A DNA stretch of 64,000 nt, taken from positions 1,152,001 through 1,216,000 of the forward strand of contig CAXXQS010000002.1 in the NCBI GenBank assembly GCA_963674735.2, read 5' to 3'. The number at the start of each line of letters is the position of its first letter. The stretch's first letter is position 1. The translations under genes were made by a program, and so were the position numbers. Below are positions 1-10,522 of this stretch, in pieces. This stretch comes from Myxococcota bacterium (GTDB taxonomy: Bacteria; Myxococcota_A; SURF-8). The notes below the pieces were generated by a model. The model had not been told where the DNA came from. It saw only the letters and a list, made by a program, of their open reading frames with translations, and searched no databases.

Positions 1-1058
1 CGGGGACGCCGGTTTGCGAAACAATTCATCTTTTCACACCGACGCAGAATGGCTCGGGCGGCCAGGTCTGTTCCGGCTTCGTTCCAGTGAGGATCATTGA
101 TGAAACAGGTCGGGAAGACCTCTGATTTTTCGAAATCCGGCAACAAAGAAAAAACGGGATAGGATCGCTCCGGGGCTGGCGCTTCGAAGTAGTGGAAGGG
201 TTCACGCACGAAGGGACCCAAAGGCGTATACTCGTCGGACTCCCAACTATACGGCGATTCGTCGGCGCTGTATTGAAAACCGCGCGGTAAAAGCACCAGC
301 GCGAAACGCGCCCCAAGGGTCTCCTCACTATAACGCCGAATCGCATCGATCAGATCCCGGGTGGTGTTCAACCAACCTTTGGAACGCTCAAGCGGTTGAT
401 TCACGGCGAAAAAACGGTCGATCGGCAACCTGAAAATGCGTTCATACAACGGAATCAAGGACGGAACCCGCTGCGCCAGCGTCTTCAGGGCTCGATGAAC
501 CACGACGAACGTCGCCGGAAAAAGGGTCGTCAGTTTGTAGATATCGGGGCGTTCGATCAGGGCGCGGTATTTGTGATCATCGTGAAAATCACTGACATCG
601 AGACAGAGAAGCACCGTATCGGGTTTGTATCTCGCTCCGATATCGCGTAACTGGCGCAATTGCAGATACGGTGAGGCGGAAATCCAACCGAAATTGACGA
701 CCCGGATCGACCGATTCGGATAAGTCGCGCGCGCCATATCTTCGAGCCGTTGCGGCAAAGCCTGCTGTTGTTTGAGCAGATAACCGTAAACAAACGAATC
801 CCCCAAGACAACCACGTTCACATCTTCGGCCTTGAATGTCTCGGGGTCGTAATCCGTTCGGAGACCATCGGAATTCTTGCCGTTTTCGTTCGGGACGGGA
901 CGATGGTCGGGATCCTCCAGGATCTTGATTTCCTCGCTCAAGAGCCCTTTCTGCATGATGATCTCAAATACGACGACAGGCGCCAGGCAGGTCAACAAGA
1001 CCAGGAACACGGCCAGAACGGGATGAAGTTTTTTGTTCAAAACAGCGGTTGATTTCAT
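1..1058 (-). CDS. SGNH/GDSL hydrolase family membrane-anchored protein (3' end runs off the window)
   Basis: Not in the ORF track (no stop in window). Manual translation from ATG at 1058: MKSTAVLNKKLHPVLAVFLVLL (TM), VVVLGDSFVYG (block I GDS), VVNFGWIS (block II), NDPHWNEAG (block V D-x-H) near the window edge. Confidence 0.8.
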   Translation of the reverse strand, partial: MKSTAVLNKKLHPVLAVFLVLLTCLAPVVVFEIIMQKGLLSEEIKILEDPDHRPVPNENGKNSDGLRTDYDPETFKAEDVNVVVLGDSFVYGYLLKQQQALPQRLEDMARATYPNRSIRVVNFGWISASPYLQLRQLRDIGARYKPDTVLLCLDVSDFHDDHKYRALIERPDIYKLTTLFPATFVVVHRALKTLAQRVPSLIPLYERIFRLPIDRFFAVNQPLERSKGWLNTTRDLIDAIRRYSEETLGARFALVLLPRGFQYSADESPYSWESDEYTPLGPFVREPFHYFEAPAPERSYPVFSLLPDFEKSEVFPTCFINDPHWNEAGTDLAARAILRRCEKMNCFANRRP

Positions 1059-1075
1059 GCTGCGCCCGGATGAAC

Positions 1076-1939
1076 TCACGGTCCGACCTCCACCTCGCTC
1101 TTCTGTTCCTCCACCTTATGGGCCAGCTCGACGAAAAACTCAACCGGATGTTCCTCGGCCCGCTGGGTGAGTTGCTTGGGATAAACGTCTTTCAGCGCGG
1201 CCAGCACATCGGCGGATAGATCCAGAAACGGCTGGCGAGACAGGGAGTTGGCCAGGGTTTTGCGCCGTTGGTGAAACGCGGCTTTGACCAGCGCGCGAAA
1301 CAGGGTATCGAAGGAAGAGGGCGCGACCTCCGGTTTGAAGCGGATCGTGACGAACCGGCTATCCACTCGCGGCGGCGGGTAGAAACAGCTGCGCGGCACA
1401 TCCACCGCTTTTTCGACCTCGGCCAGACGACCCAGAAGCACGGTCAACAGGGAATAGTCCTTGCTGCCCGGCTTGGCCACCAAACGCTCGCCCACTTCTT
1501 TCTGCACCAGCAGATGCGCGCTTGTGATGTGGGTGCGTTCGTCCATGAATTTGAACAAAAGCGGCGCGGTGATTTGATAGGGTAAATTGCCCACCACTTT
1601 CACCGCCCGACCGGCCTCGCGGGCGGCCGTTTCGATCGGCCAGTCCACCGCATTGGCTTCGATCACCCGCACGCCGCTGCCTTCACCGAAGCGTTCGTTC
1701 AGCAGCGGAACCAGCTCCCGGTCGCGCTCGATGGCAAAGACGATCCGCTCGGGGGCGATTAACTGCTCGGTCAACGCGCCGGTGCCCGCACCGATTTCAA
1801 CCACCACGCGGTCGGAGGCGGTGAGTTCGCAGGCGCGTCCGATGCGCGCCCGCATGTTGGCATCGGATAAAAAATTCTGGCCCCAGGATTTCTTGGGACG
1901 CAAGCTATAGCGATCGAGCCATTCGCGCGGTGACGACAT
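1076..1939 (-). CDS. rsmA: 16S rRNA m6,2A dimethyltransferase RsmA/KsgA
   Basis: PKKSWGQNFL, VVEIGAGTGALT, GNLPYQIT, FYPPPRVDS, FHQRRKTL motifs. Confidence 0.97.
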   Translation of the reverse strand: MSSPREWLDRYSLRPKKSWGQNFLSDANMRARIGRACELTASDRVVVEIGAGTGALTEQLIAPERIVFAIERDRELVPLLNERFGEGSGVRVIEANAVDWPIETAAREAGRAVKVVGNLPYQITAPLLFKFMDERTHITSAHLLVQKEVGERLVAKPGSKDYSLLTVLLGRLAEVEKAVDVPRSCFYPPPRVDSRFVTIRFKPEVAPSSFDTLFRALVKAAFHQRRKTLANSLSRQPFLDLSADVLAALKDVYPKQLTQRAEEHPVEFFVELAHKVEEQKSEVEVGP

Positions 1940-2955
1940 TAGAAGCGGTGCTCCGATGCGGCGGCATTAAGAGTGGCATCCGCGCGCTCGCCGCGTTTGA
2001 GGCGCTCGAAACCGGCCAGGGCCACCATGGCCGCGTTATCGGTACAATGCCAACGTTCCGGCAGATAGCATTCGACCCCGATGCGCCGCGCCGCTTTCGA
2101 GGCGTGCTCGCGCAAACGCGTATTGGCCGCGACGCCGCCCGCCAGCACCAGACGCTGCAGCCGGTGTTGTTTCAGCGCCTGAACGCTTTTACGCACCAGG
2201 GCGTCCACCGCCGCTTCCTGGAAGCTGGCACAGATATCGGGCAGACTCTCCGGGGTGGCCGGATGGGTTTGCAGATAGCTGCGCACGGCGGTTTTTAGGC
2301 CGGAGAAACTGAAATCGAGGGTGGTTTTCGCTTTCAGCGCACGCGGAAAAGCGATGGCGTCGGGGTCGCCGCTCTGGGCCATGCGTTCGATGGCGATCCC
2401 ACCGGGATAGCCCAGTCCCAAAAGCTTGGCGACTTTGTCGAAAGCCTCGCCCGCCGCGTCGTCGCGCGTATTGCCCAGCAAGGTGAAACGCCCGCCGTCC
2501 TCAACGACGTACAGGGCCGTATGGCCCCCCGAAACGATCAGGCCCAAATAGGGAAACGCGGGAGGCGATGCGAGAAGCCGAGCCGCTAAAAGGTGCGCTT
2601 CGAGGTGGTTGACGCCTACCAGGGGCTTGTCGAGAGCGAAGGCCAGCGCTTTGGCGGCCGACACGCCCACTAAAAGAGCGCCGATCAATCCGGGCGCGCG
2701 TGTTACGGCGAAAGCGTCGATATCGGCCAGCGTGAGCTGCGCATCGGCCAGCGTGCGTTCCACCAGGGGAAACAGGGCGGCCAAATGCTGACGGCTGGCC
2801 ACCTCGGGCACCACGCCGCCGAAACGGGCATGTTCGTCCACCTGGCTGGCAATCTGCGACGCCAGCAGGCGGTGGCCGTCTTGCAAAATGGCGCAGGCGG
2901 TTTCGTCGCAGGACGACTCGAAGCCCATAACCAAGGCGGGGGCATTTTCGGACAT
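1939..2955 (-). CDS. tsaD: tRNA N6-threonylcarbamoyladenosine transferase TsaD
   Basis: ESSCDET, GGVVPEVASRQH, NHLEAH, VSGGHT, TRDDAAGEAFDK, FSFSGLKT, CTDNAAM. Confidence 0.98.
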   Translation of the reverse strand: MSENAPALVMGFESSCDETACAILQDGHRLLASQIASQVDEHARFGGVVPEVASRQHLAALFPLVERTLADAQLTLADIDAFAVTRAPGLIGALLVGVSAAKALAFALDKPLVGVNHLEAHLLAARLLASPPAFPYLGLIVSGGHTALYVVEDGGRFTLLGNTRDDAAGEAFDKVAKLLGLGYPGGIAIERMAQSGDPDAIAFPRALKAKTTLDFSFSGLKTAVRSYLQTHPATPESLPDICASFQEAAVDALVRKSVQALKQHRLQRLVLAGGVAANTRLREHASKAARRIGVECYLPERWHCTDNAAMVALAGFERLKRGERADATLNAAASEHRF

Positions 2956-3079
2956 ATCGGCGGCACTCCTTGAAATTCCGGGATGGCAACACGCACGCGG
3001 AAATCAGCCAAGCTTCCGCTATCACATCCGCGAATCGCTGTCAAGGGACACGACGATGGCGTGGAGGCGGGTGAGGAGA

Positions 3080-5617
3080 CTACAAGCTATCCATGACGGC
3101 CCGAATTTCATCGGCGGTTTTTCCGCGCGGCTTGAGCTTCAGATACTCCTGGTAGGCCTTTTTCGCCCCGGCGTTGTCGCCGAGGTACTGCTTCACGGTA
3201 CCCAGTTGCAGCCAGGCAACCGCATCGCGACGGTTGGCGCGGGTGGCCTTGGTAAACTGGGTTTGAGCCTCGTTCAAACGACCGCGCTCCATAAATACGC
3301 GCCCCAAGCCCACGTAGGCGGCGGATTTTCCGGGGGCGGCAATGATGGCATCGCGAAAGGCGCGTTCGGCTACGCTGAACTCTCGGCGCTTAAGCGCTCC
3401 CCGACCCTTCTTAATCAGCCCGGCGGCATCCGTTCCTCCTGCATCCGCCGTATCGGCGGGTGGAGTGGGCTCCGTTCGAGGCCTTTCGGCTTTGGGCGCA
3501 GGCTTCGATTTGGGCTTGGGTGTTTCCTTCGGTTTGGGTGTCTCACGCACGACGGGCGGCACCGGTTCCGGAATGGAGGGCGCTTCTTCCATTTCGGCCG
3601 GGGGTTCGGGCTCGACCGGTTCCGGAATCGCAACGGGAACGGGATCGGCGGGAGGCGGCGGATTATCGGCAACAACCGCTTCGTCGACCGGTTGCACCTT
3701 TGTGTCGGGTGGATCGTTTGAAACGGGCTCGGATCCGGACCACAGCCAAAGCCCCACTCCCGCCACCACAAGCGCCGCCGCAATCAAACCGATGATAAGC
3801 GGTTTGCGGTTCGGTTCCTCCTCGTCTTCGCCCCAATCTCCTTCCCACGGATCCTCCGGCTGAATACGCGCCGATAGAACTTCCTGTTTTTTCTTCGGTT
3901 TATCGACCGCTGTCGCCGCAGGGAGAGGACGCGGCTCAGGTTGCGGCATCGGCTCAGGTTCCGATTTTTTCTCGCTTTTCGGGGGTCTCTCGACAGGCGT
4001 TTCCCCGACCGGCTTGCGCGGCGCGGGCTCACGCGGTGCAGGCTCACGCGGTGCGGGCTCACGTGGCGCGGTTTCGGGTGGAACGGGGCTCGCCTGCAAC
4101 ACATCACCTTCAGGTTCATCGGCGACCTGGTGGGGTGTTACCGGCTGCGGTTCACGTTCCGGCGGAGTCTCCAGTTTGGAGCTTTCGTCCGATGGGCGTT
4201 GCGGGACCGGTTCGAGGTTTTCCACCTGTGCAGGCTCGATCAATTCTGCCGATACCATGGACTCGTCTTCAACCAGCGTTCCCAATTCGCTGATATCGAT
4301 CGCCGCTTCGCGCACCTCGCCGGAGGCGGTGGTCTCGGCCTCGGGCTCTTCCTCGACCGGCAAGGCCGATGGATCGAGGGAACGTTCAAGACGCGGATCC
4401 GGTTCGAGGGGTTTTTCGTCTTTAACGGCTATCGCCAACGCGTCACCGAGGAATTCTTCCGGTTCGCCCTTTACAGATTCGTGGGCAGCTACGGACCGCT
4501 CATCCGTTTCTTCCCGCCCATCGATTTCGCGCTCCCAAAAAAGCCGTTCCTCCTCCTCGCTGCGTTCCGGGGGAAGATGGGTTTCCGCCTCAGCCGCGAC
4601 CGGCTTGAGATTGTCGTAGGTAACGGATCCGGTATGGTGCAGGCCATCATCCGGCACAACCGTTTCGGGCAGATCGGTGTGGGCGGGGGGAAGATCGGGT
4701 TCATCGCCGAGAGAAGCCAATAACTGCGCCACGGCTTCCAATAAAGCGTCATCCAATTCCGGCGGATCGGTGGAAGAAAGAGCCGGCACCGATAGGCAGG
4801 CTTTTATCGGGGCATAGGCGGGATCGCTGTCCGACGCATTGATACGCGCCAAGACTTCGGCCAGTTCCACCGCGCGCAGATCGGGCACGGTCCGACTCAG
4901 CCGCTCGTAGCGACGTTCGAGCTTGAGCGCTTGAACGAACACCTCTTCCTGGCGATCGCCCAAACGGTTTTCCGCCTGTACGCCGTCGAAATGAATGGTG
5001 AAGGAGCCGCTGGCCCAGGTCAGCAACTCGACCGCCGCCTCGAAGCCGTCGGCATGCCCGAGTTCGGCATCCAGCAGCAGTCCGTCGCTGAAGTGGACCG
5101 CGCCTAAGCGACCCCCACGGTCGAAGATCAGCCTGCCCGAACGACGCGCCTCCAAGGCGCTCTGCAAGATGTCGTGTCCGAGACCTTTGGATAAGAACCC
5201 CGAATAACGGGATCGCAAATGGCCGTGCTGCATACCGGCCAGTTCTTGTTTTTTCAGATATCCATGAACCCGCGCGACGAATTCACGCAGATAGATCGGT
5301 TTGGTGAGGTAGTCTTCTCCCCCGATTTCCAACCCGTGTATTTTATCTTCGATGGCGCGGCGGCGCGTGATGAACACCACCGGAACATCGGCGGTCAGGC
5401 GGTCTGCTTTTATGGCGCGAGCCAAGGCAAAGGGAGGTTCGTCGGGCAGGTCGACTTCCGTCAGGATCAAGTCGAAGGTAGCCTGTTCCAGGATTTCCCG
5501 CGCGGCCTGACCGCAATCGGCCGTGGTGGTTTCCACCCGATCGCTACCGAGCCCGACCTCCATGATCAAGCGACTGTGTTCATCGCCATCGACGATCAGG
5601 ATCCGTTGCACGTTCAT
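3080..5617 (-). CDS. Receiver-like domain + DUF4388 + long Pro/Glu-rich linker + single TM + C-terminal TPR protein
   Basis: N-terminal REC fold (ILIVDGD...LILTE...VVFIT...YLTKP); DUF4388-like segment (RRSGRLIF...GAVHFSDG...LLTWASGSF); TM PLIIGLIAAALVVAGVGLWLW; TPR-like helices at the C-terminus. Confidence 0.8.
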   Translation of the reverse strand: MNVQRILIVDGDEHSRLIMEVGLGSDRVETTTADCGQAAREILEQATFDLILTEVDLPDEPPFALARAIKADRLTADVPVVFITRRRAIEDKIHGLEIGGEDYLTKPIYLREFVARVHGYLKKQELAGMQHGHLRSRYSGFLSKGLGHDILQSALEARRSGRLIFDRGGRLGAVHFSDGLLLDAELGHADGFEAAVELLTWASGSFTIHFDGVQAENRLGDRQEEVFVQALKLERRYERLSRTVPDLRAVELAEVLARINASDSDPAYAPIKACLSVPALSSTDPPELDDALLEAVAQLLASLGDEPDLPPAHTDLPETVVPDDGLHHTGSVTYDNLKPVAAEAETHLPPERSEEEERLFWEREIDGREETDERSVAAHESVKGEPEEFLGDALAIAVKDEKPLEPDPRLERSLDPSALPVEEEPEAETTASGEVREAAIDISELGTLVEDESMVSAELIEPAQVENLEPVPQRPSDESSKLETPPEREPQPVTPHQVADEPEGDVLQASPVPPETAPREPAPREPAPREPAPRKPVGETPVERPPKSEKKSEPEPMPQPEPRPLPAATAVDKPKKKQEVLSARIQPEDPWEGDWGEDEEEPNRKPLIIGLIAAALVVAGVGLWLWSGSEPVSNDPPDTKVQPVDEAVVADNPPPPADPVPVAIPEPVEPEPPAEMEEAPSIPEPVPPVVRETPKPKETPKPKSKPAPKAERPRTEPTPPADTADAGGTDAAGLIKKGRGALKRREFSVAERAFRDAIIAAPGKSAAYVGLGRVFMERGRLNEAQTQFTKATRANRRDAVAWLQLGTVKQYLGDNAGAKKAYQEYLKLKPRGKTADEIRAVMDSL
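4011..4070 (-). repeat. 15-bp coding tandem repeat, about 4 copies (APREP x3, APRKP)
   Basis: GGCTCACGCGGTGC[A/G]-type unit repeated on the + strand; the translation reads APREPAPREPAPREPAPRKP. Confidence 0.85.
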
Positions 5618-5784
5618 CCCTCCAGATCTACTGAAAAAGTCACATTAGGATACCTGCAAGTGGTGGATATGTCCACCCTTTGTTCCGGATACCGTAAAAA
5701 ATACGACGCTTCAGCGGGTTTCCGTGAGCGGCGAGTCGCTGGATTCATCAAAGAAGAAGCAAGATGAAATAATTTGGAAATATC

Positions 5785-7626
5785 TTACCGCTTTTCACCT
5801 TTTCGTCGTCCCTGTGAGGCTAAAACGCCCATGTCCAGCCGTTCCCAGCCGTTTTGCCGCCAGATGAAAAAGGCGGCGTTCGGATCGGTGAGCGTATGGG
5901 GAATTTCGTATGTGATCCCGCGCGTTTCACTATTAATCGGGAGATCGACGCGCACGGCGACACCCGGGGCATCGAGTCGCCGACCGGCGGGAATGGCGGC
6001 AAACCAGCCCGAAGGCGTAAAGTCGGCCAGACTGACCAGCAGGCTCCCGTAAGGGATTTCCAGGCGCAGGCGGTTGCCTCCGGGAGCGCTCAACAGATGC
6101 GGAACTTCATCCCGATATGGGGCCAGCCACTCCGTCAAGGCCGCGGTCAACCGATCCTCGGGCAGCGGCAAACCCAGCGGAACATGGGAGGGATTGAAGC
6201 TCAACAGACGAACCTGAAGATCGGGGCGTCCGGCGGCCAGCCGCAGGCGTTTGTCGAGCAAGGAGGAAGCTCCCCATACACCGAACAAGTAAACCCGCGC
6301 TTGCGGCGGCAGACTTTTCACCTGCGGGGCCAAGAGCTCGGCCAGGTTGTCGCCGGTACGGGTGACGGAACCCAGAATCGTTCGGTTGGTGGCATGCAGA
6401 TAGGTTCCGGCGGGTAGCAGATAGAGCACCAACACCATCAGGCCCAGAAATCGCAGGACGCGAGCCCGGCCCGGTTGAATCAGGACTTCGAGTAAATCCG
6501 CGCTGATTAAAACCAAACCGATCAGCGGTACCCAGGCGGCCTCCGGTTGTATGGGACTTCCCTGCGCCACCAGCGCCGCCATTGCATAGGCCGACAAACC
6601 GGCGGCGGCCAGACGGCTCTTCGCTTTGAAGGTCCGCCAAAAAGCCATCGCAAAAAACGCCGGAACGATGATCCCGGCAAAAAACCCGCTGAAAGGCAAC
6701 GGCAGCGGAGCGTTGGGCGGCGTCAAGGCCAGCCAATAAAACAAGGTATGCACCAACGGCATGGCGAATAGGGCCGTCAAGCCCTTCGTGTACTCCAGCG
6801 CATACCAGCCTTCCAAACCATGCGGACCGCTCACGAGCGGAAGAAACGCTCGCAGAAACAAAAAAACGCCCGACACCCAAAGCAGGTCGATCAATGTCCG
6901 GCGGCCGTGTTCGGGAACGGCTTCGGAGTCGTCGTCCTCCGAAGGTTTACCGGCCCACAATCCATAACCGGCCAGCAGCGCCGGAACAGCTAAAGCGGTG
7001 GCGTCGGACAAAAGCGCCAGTGCCAGCCAGACCGGCGGCATGAAGCGTGGTGCACGACCTTCCGCAGCGGATAAGGCGCACAGGGCCGCCATCAATCCGA
7101 AAACGCCCGCCAGAAGAAAAGGCAGGCCGCTGAGCATCGTCACGCCATGGGACAAAACCGGATGCACCGCCGCCACCAAAACCAACCCTTTTGCAAGAAC
7201 CGGCTTTGCGTTCAGACGTCGCAACAGGCGCAGCAACAACAACAAAGCCAGAATATGCAACGCCAGTTCCACCAGCCGATAGCCGGGAATCCAACCGCCG
7301 AACAGCGTCGCCTCGACCACGCGCAGCAATTGGGGCAGGGGAGGGCGATAAATTCGCAGTTCGCCGCCCAGCTCGCGCAGGCGGCGGTCGATCTCGTGGT
7401 AGCGCGCCCAATAGGCCGGGGCATCGGCAGAGGCCGTCAAAGCGGCAGAGGGATTCAGCTGGTCCAGCGGATGGCTCCATGAAGCCTCGACCCAGTCGAG
7501 CCCGTCGCCGATGGCTCCGTCGCCGAGCGTTCCGCTGTAAACGATCACGGTAAGCAGAACCAATACAAGCGGAAACCCGATTCGCCGGATCCAAGGCGTT
7601 TGGGCCGTTTGTTCAAGCGCCTTCAT
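5785..7626 (-). CDS. Polytopic membrane protein, GT-C/TMTC-like glycosyltransferase-type N-terminus
   Basis: About 10 or more hydrophobic helices; YRPP...LFGGWIPGYRLVELALH resembles the YRPL...FG...YH.N..LH segment of TMTC-like GT-C proteins. Confidence 0.55.
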   Translation of the reverse strand: MKALEQTAQTPWIRRIGFPLVLVLLTVIVYSGTLGDGAIGDGLDWVEASWSHPLDQLNPSAALTASADAPAYWARYHEIDRRLRELGGELRIYRPPLPQLLRVVEATLFGGWIPGYRLVELALHILALLLLLRLLRRLNAKPVLAKGLVLVAAVHPVLSHGVTMLSGLPFLLAGVFGLMAALCALSAAEGRAPRFMPPVWLALALLSDATALAVPALLAGYGLWAGKPSEDDDSEAVPEHGRRTLIDLLWVSGVFLFLRAFLPLVSGPHGLEGWYALEYTKGLTALFAMPLVHTLFYWLALTPPNAPLPLPFSGFFAGIIVPAFFAMAFWRTFKAKSRLAAAGLSAYAMAALVAQGSPIQPEAAWVPLIGLVLISADLLEVLIQPGRARVLRFLGLMVLVLYLLPAGTYLHATNRTILGSVTRTGDNLAELLAPQVKSLPPQARVYLFGVWGASSLLDKRLRLAAGRPDLQVRLLSFNPSHVPLGLPLPEDRLTAALTEWLAPYRDEVPHLLSAPGGNRLRLEIPYGSLLVSLADFTPSGWFAAIPAGRRLDAPGVAVRVDLPINSETRGITYEIPHTLTDPNAAFFIWRQNGWERLDMGVLASQGRRKGEKR

Positions 7627-7632
7627 GAAAAC

Positions 7633-8442
7633 TCATTCTCCTTCGCTTTTATTGCCGACGGCGGGCCGTGGACCTAAAAACGCCACATCCATCGGACGCC
7701 GGTTGCGGGTGGCCAACAGATAAACGCCGATCCCGAAAAGCACGATCACGCCGTATTGGGCGGCGGTTAAGCCGAACATGCGATTATCGGCATAGCGGCC
7801 CTCGGTCGCTCGCAGAAAATCGAGGAAAAACCGAATGGGCGAATAGAGAGTAAGCAAAACACCCATGTATACGCCATGGCGGCGCGGCTTTTTCGATAGC
7901 GAGAACAGAATGGCGGCCAACGCGATCGTCACACAGAGTTCGTAGAGACCCAGGTCGTGGCGCGCACCACCGGGAAAGGCCACCGCCAGCGGAAAATCCG
8001 TCAACAGGCCGGGATGATCGTGGGTGACGGCGCAGCCGGTGCGCCCGAAGATCCAACCGACCGTCAAGCCGAACAGGATGCGGTCGCCATAGGGCAAAAC
8101 AGCCAGTCGTTTCCATTTCAGGTAGCCGACTCCGGCCACCACGCCGCCGAAAAAACCGCCGATGGAGGAAATCCCGCCCCAGAATTTAAACAGCACCCAG
8201 GGATCTTCGGCCAGCAGTTCGGGATTGTAAAACAGCACATGCACGAGGTGCGCGCCGATAAATCCACCCAACACACACAACTCCGGCAAATGCAACGCCG
8301 CCCGCCGGTCGATCCCGCCCCGCAGGCAGATGCGGTCGTATACCACGATGCCGACCACGATACCGAGGGCGACCAACAGGAAAAAGGGCCGCAGTTCCAA
8401 GCCGAAGATATCCAATTTGGGAATCGTTACGTACGGAATCAC
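7633..8442 (-). CDS. lgt: Prolipoprotein diacylglyceryl transferase Lgt
   Basis: WGGISSIGGFFGG, IFGRTGCAVTHDHPG, LGLYE, RFFLDFLR; GTG start. Confidence 0.9.
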   Translation of the reverse strand: MIPYVTIPKLDIFGLELRPFFLLVALGIVVGIVVYDRICLRGGIDRRAALHLPELCVLGGFIGAHLVHVLFYNPELLAEDPWVLFKFWGGISSIGGFFGGVVAGVGYLKWKRLAVLPYGDRILFGLTVGWIFGRTGCAVTHDHPGLLTDFPLAVAFPGGARHDLGLYELCVTIALAAILFSLSKKPRRHGVYMGVLLTLYSPIRFFLDFLRATEGRYADNRMFGLTAAQYGVIVLFGIGVYLLATRNRRPMDVAFLGPRPAVGNKSEGE

Positions 8443-8467
8443 ACCCCGCCTCCTGTCGGTTCGACGA

Positions 8468-9277
8468 TTACGGCAACGCCAACGCGATCAGGCCCATCAC
8501 GGCACAATAGGGCGCAAACCAATGCAAGCGCCCCCGTTCGACCAATCGGATCACGAGCCACAAAGCAGCATACCCCACGAGGGCGCTGACGGCAAATCCA
8601 ACGAGAAACGGAAGCCAGGCCAGTTGGTCGATGGAGACATCACCGAGCTTGAGTGCAAGCGCACCCAATATGGCGGGAATGGAAAGGAGAAACGAAAAGC
8701 GCGCCGCTTCTTCCGGCCGTACTTTGAGCGCCAGGGAAAGGGCTATCGTAGTGCCCGAACGGGAGATACCGGGGAGAATGGCGAACCCTTGAGCGATGCC
8801 GACCAGAATCGCCTTCCAGCCCGCCCAGTCGCCCCGGGCATTGCGCCGCGTAAACCAGGTTCCCGCCAGAATCAAGGCCGTCACCCACAAAAACGCCCCG
8901 ACCGCCGCCACCGACGTGAACAGTGATTCGAAAAAATCTTTACCTAAAAACCCAATCACGCCCGTCGGGACCGTAGCGAGTCCGATCAGGATCACCCACC
9001 AACGCCCGCGATTGAGCCGCCAGTTTTCGGGATTGACCCAACGGGTTCCGGGCACGCGCGGGGCGACGACATCCGCGAGCATGGCCTGCAGATCGCGCCG
9101 GTAGTAAAACAGCACGGCGAACAGGGTTCCGACATGTAAAATCACATCGAAAAACACATCCGGTTCTTCGATTCCCAAAACGGACTGCATCAAGGTCAAA
9201 TGTCCCGACGAGGAAATCGGCAGGAATTCGGTCAGCCCCTGTACGGCCCCGAGAATAGCGGCATGCAACCAGGTCAT
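8468..9277 (-). CDS. uppP: Undecaprenyl-diphosphatase UppP/BacA
   Basis: QGLTEFLPISSSGH, PGISRSGTT, AARFSFLLSIPA. ATG overlaps the recF stop (ATGA). Confidence 0.97.
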   Translation of the reverse strand: MTWLHAAILGAVQGLTEFLPISSSGHLTLMQSVLGIEEPDVFFDVILHVGTLFAVLFYYRRDLQAMLADVVAPRVPGTRWVNPENWRLNRGRWWVILIGLATVPTGVIGFLGKDFFESLFTSVAAVGAFLWVTALILAGTWFTRRNARGDWAGWKAILVGIAQGFAILPGISRSGTTIALSLALKVRPEEAARFSFLLSIPAILGALALKLGDVSIDQLAWLPFLVGFAVSALVGYAALWLVIRLVERGRLHWFAPYCAVMGLIALALP

Positions 9278-10503
9278 GATGGATCTCCCGAAACGGGGTT
9301 GGTCGTACTCGGTTCGATCAGGCCCGCCCTTACCGTGAAAGCGGCCAAGCCGTAAGGAGCCAAACCCGCGCCGATTTCGGGATCGGTGGAGGTGAGAAGC
9401 ACCTGTCCGCCGCTTCGGGTCAGATAATCGAACAGACGGGCGCGCCGTCCGGCATCGAGTTCCGACGAAAGATCATCGACCAGCAGAATCGGAAAAACAC
9501 CGCGGGCGGCGTGGACGATTTCGACTTCGGCCACTTTGAGCGCCAGAGCCAGCGTTCGATGTTGACCTTGGGAAGCGCTGGTCTGGGCGAGACGGCCGTC
9601 GAGCCGGATACCCAGATCGGCGGTATGCGGACCGACGCTCGTATACCCACGTTCCCGATCATGCGGCGCTTTTCGCTGCAGGGCTTGCGTAAGCGCCGCG
9701 ACACGATCCGGCGACGTTTCCGCTCCCTCAACCGAACTTGAATCGCCAAACAGGGCTTGCGTCTCATCGGGGGGAGAAGAAAGGTAGCTCAATTCCAACA
9801 CTTCGGAATTTTCGGACACGGCCGCCACGGCTTGTCTTGACAAGCGTTGCAAATCAGCGGTCATCGATGCCCGCGCCTGATCGATAGCCGCCCCGCATTC
9901 GGCCAATTTTTCGCTGTACAGGTCGAACAACTCACCGTGGGCTTTTCGTGCTTTTAAAAGGGCATTGCGGCGCTTGAGCACCTGTTTGTATTCCAGGGCG
10001 AGATCCCAATACCCGGGACGCACCAGAGAAAGCGCCCGATCGAGAAAACGTCTTCGCGCATCGGGCGAGCCTTTGGCCAGACGAACGTCCTCGGGAGAAA
10101 AGGCGACGGACGGCAATTGGCCCAGGTAATCCTTGTGGCGTCGAACGGGTTTGTCGTTGACCACCAAGCGCCGCGTTCCGCGTCCGATCGAGAGCGAAAC
10201 GGCATAGTCCAGCTCCCCGGCCCGGGCGCGGCCTTTGATGTGTGCGCGTTCGCCGCCCTCGACCACCCAATCTTCGGTGCGTCCGGCACGGAAACTGCGC
10301 AAATCCGCCAGCAGCGCGACCGCTTCCAGCAGATTCGTTTTTCCTTGGGCATTGGATCCAGTGAAGCAATTGAAACGGGGATTCAGATCGAGGCGCACCT
10401 GCCGCAGATTGCGGAAACCCTCAACGGAAAGCCGGTCGATCCGGACCAACTGATTGCCGAAGGCAGGCGAATCGACGTTGAACGGTTGAGGCGGTTCAGA
10501 CAT
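9274..10503 (-). CDS. recF: DNA replication/repair protein RecF
   Basis: FRNL, GSNAQGKTNLLEA (Walker A), RRRFLD, GPHTADL, SQGQHR, LLVDDLSSELD. Start placed at ATG 10503. Confidence 0.96.
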   Translation of the reverse strand: MSEPPQPFNVDSPAFGNQLVRIDRLSVEGFRNLRQVRLDLNPRFNCFTGSNAQGKTNLLEAVALLADLRSFRAGRTEDWVVEGGERAHIKGRARAGELDYAVSLSIGRGTRRLVVNDKPVRRHKDYLGQLPSVAFSPEDVRLAKGSPDARRRFLDRALSLVRPGYWDLALEYKQVLKRRNALLKARKAHGELFDLYSEKLAECGAAIDQARASMTADLQRLSRQAVAAVSENSEVLELSYLSSPPDETQALFGDSSSVEGAETSPDRVAALTQALQRKAPHDRERGYTSVGPHTADLGIRLDGRLAQTSASQGQHRTLALALKVAEVEIVHAARGVFPILLVDDLSSELDAGRRARLFDYLTRSGGQVLLTSTDPEIGAGLAPYGLAAFTVRAGLIEPSTTNPVSGDPS

Positions 10504-10522
10504 ACCGTAACTGGGAATCCCG

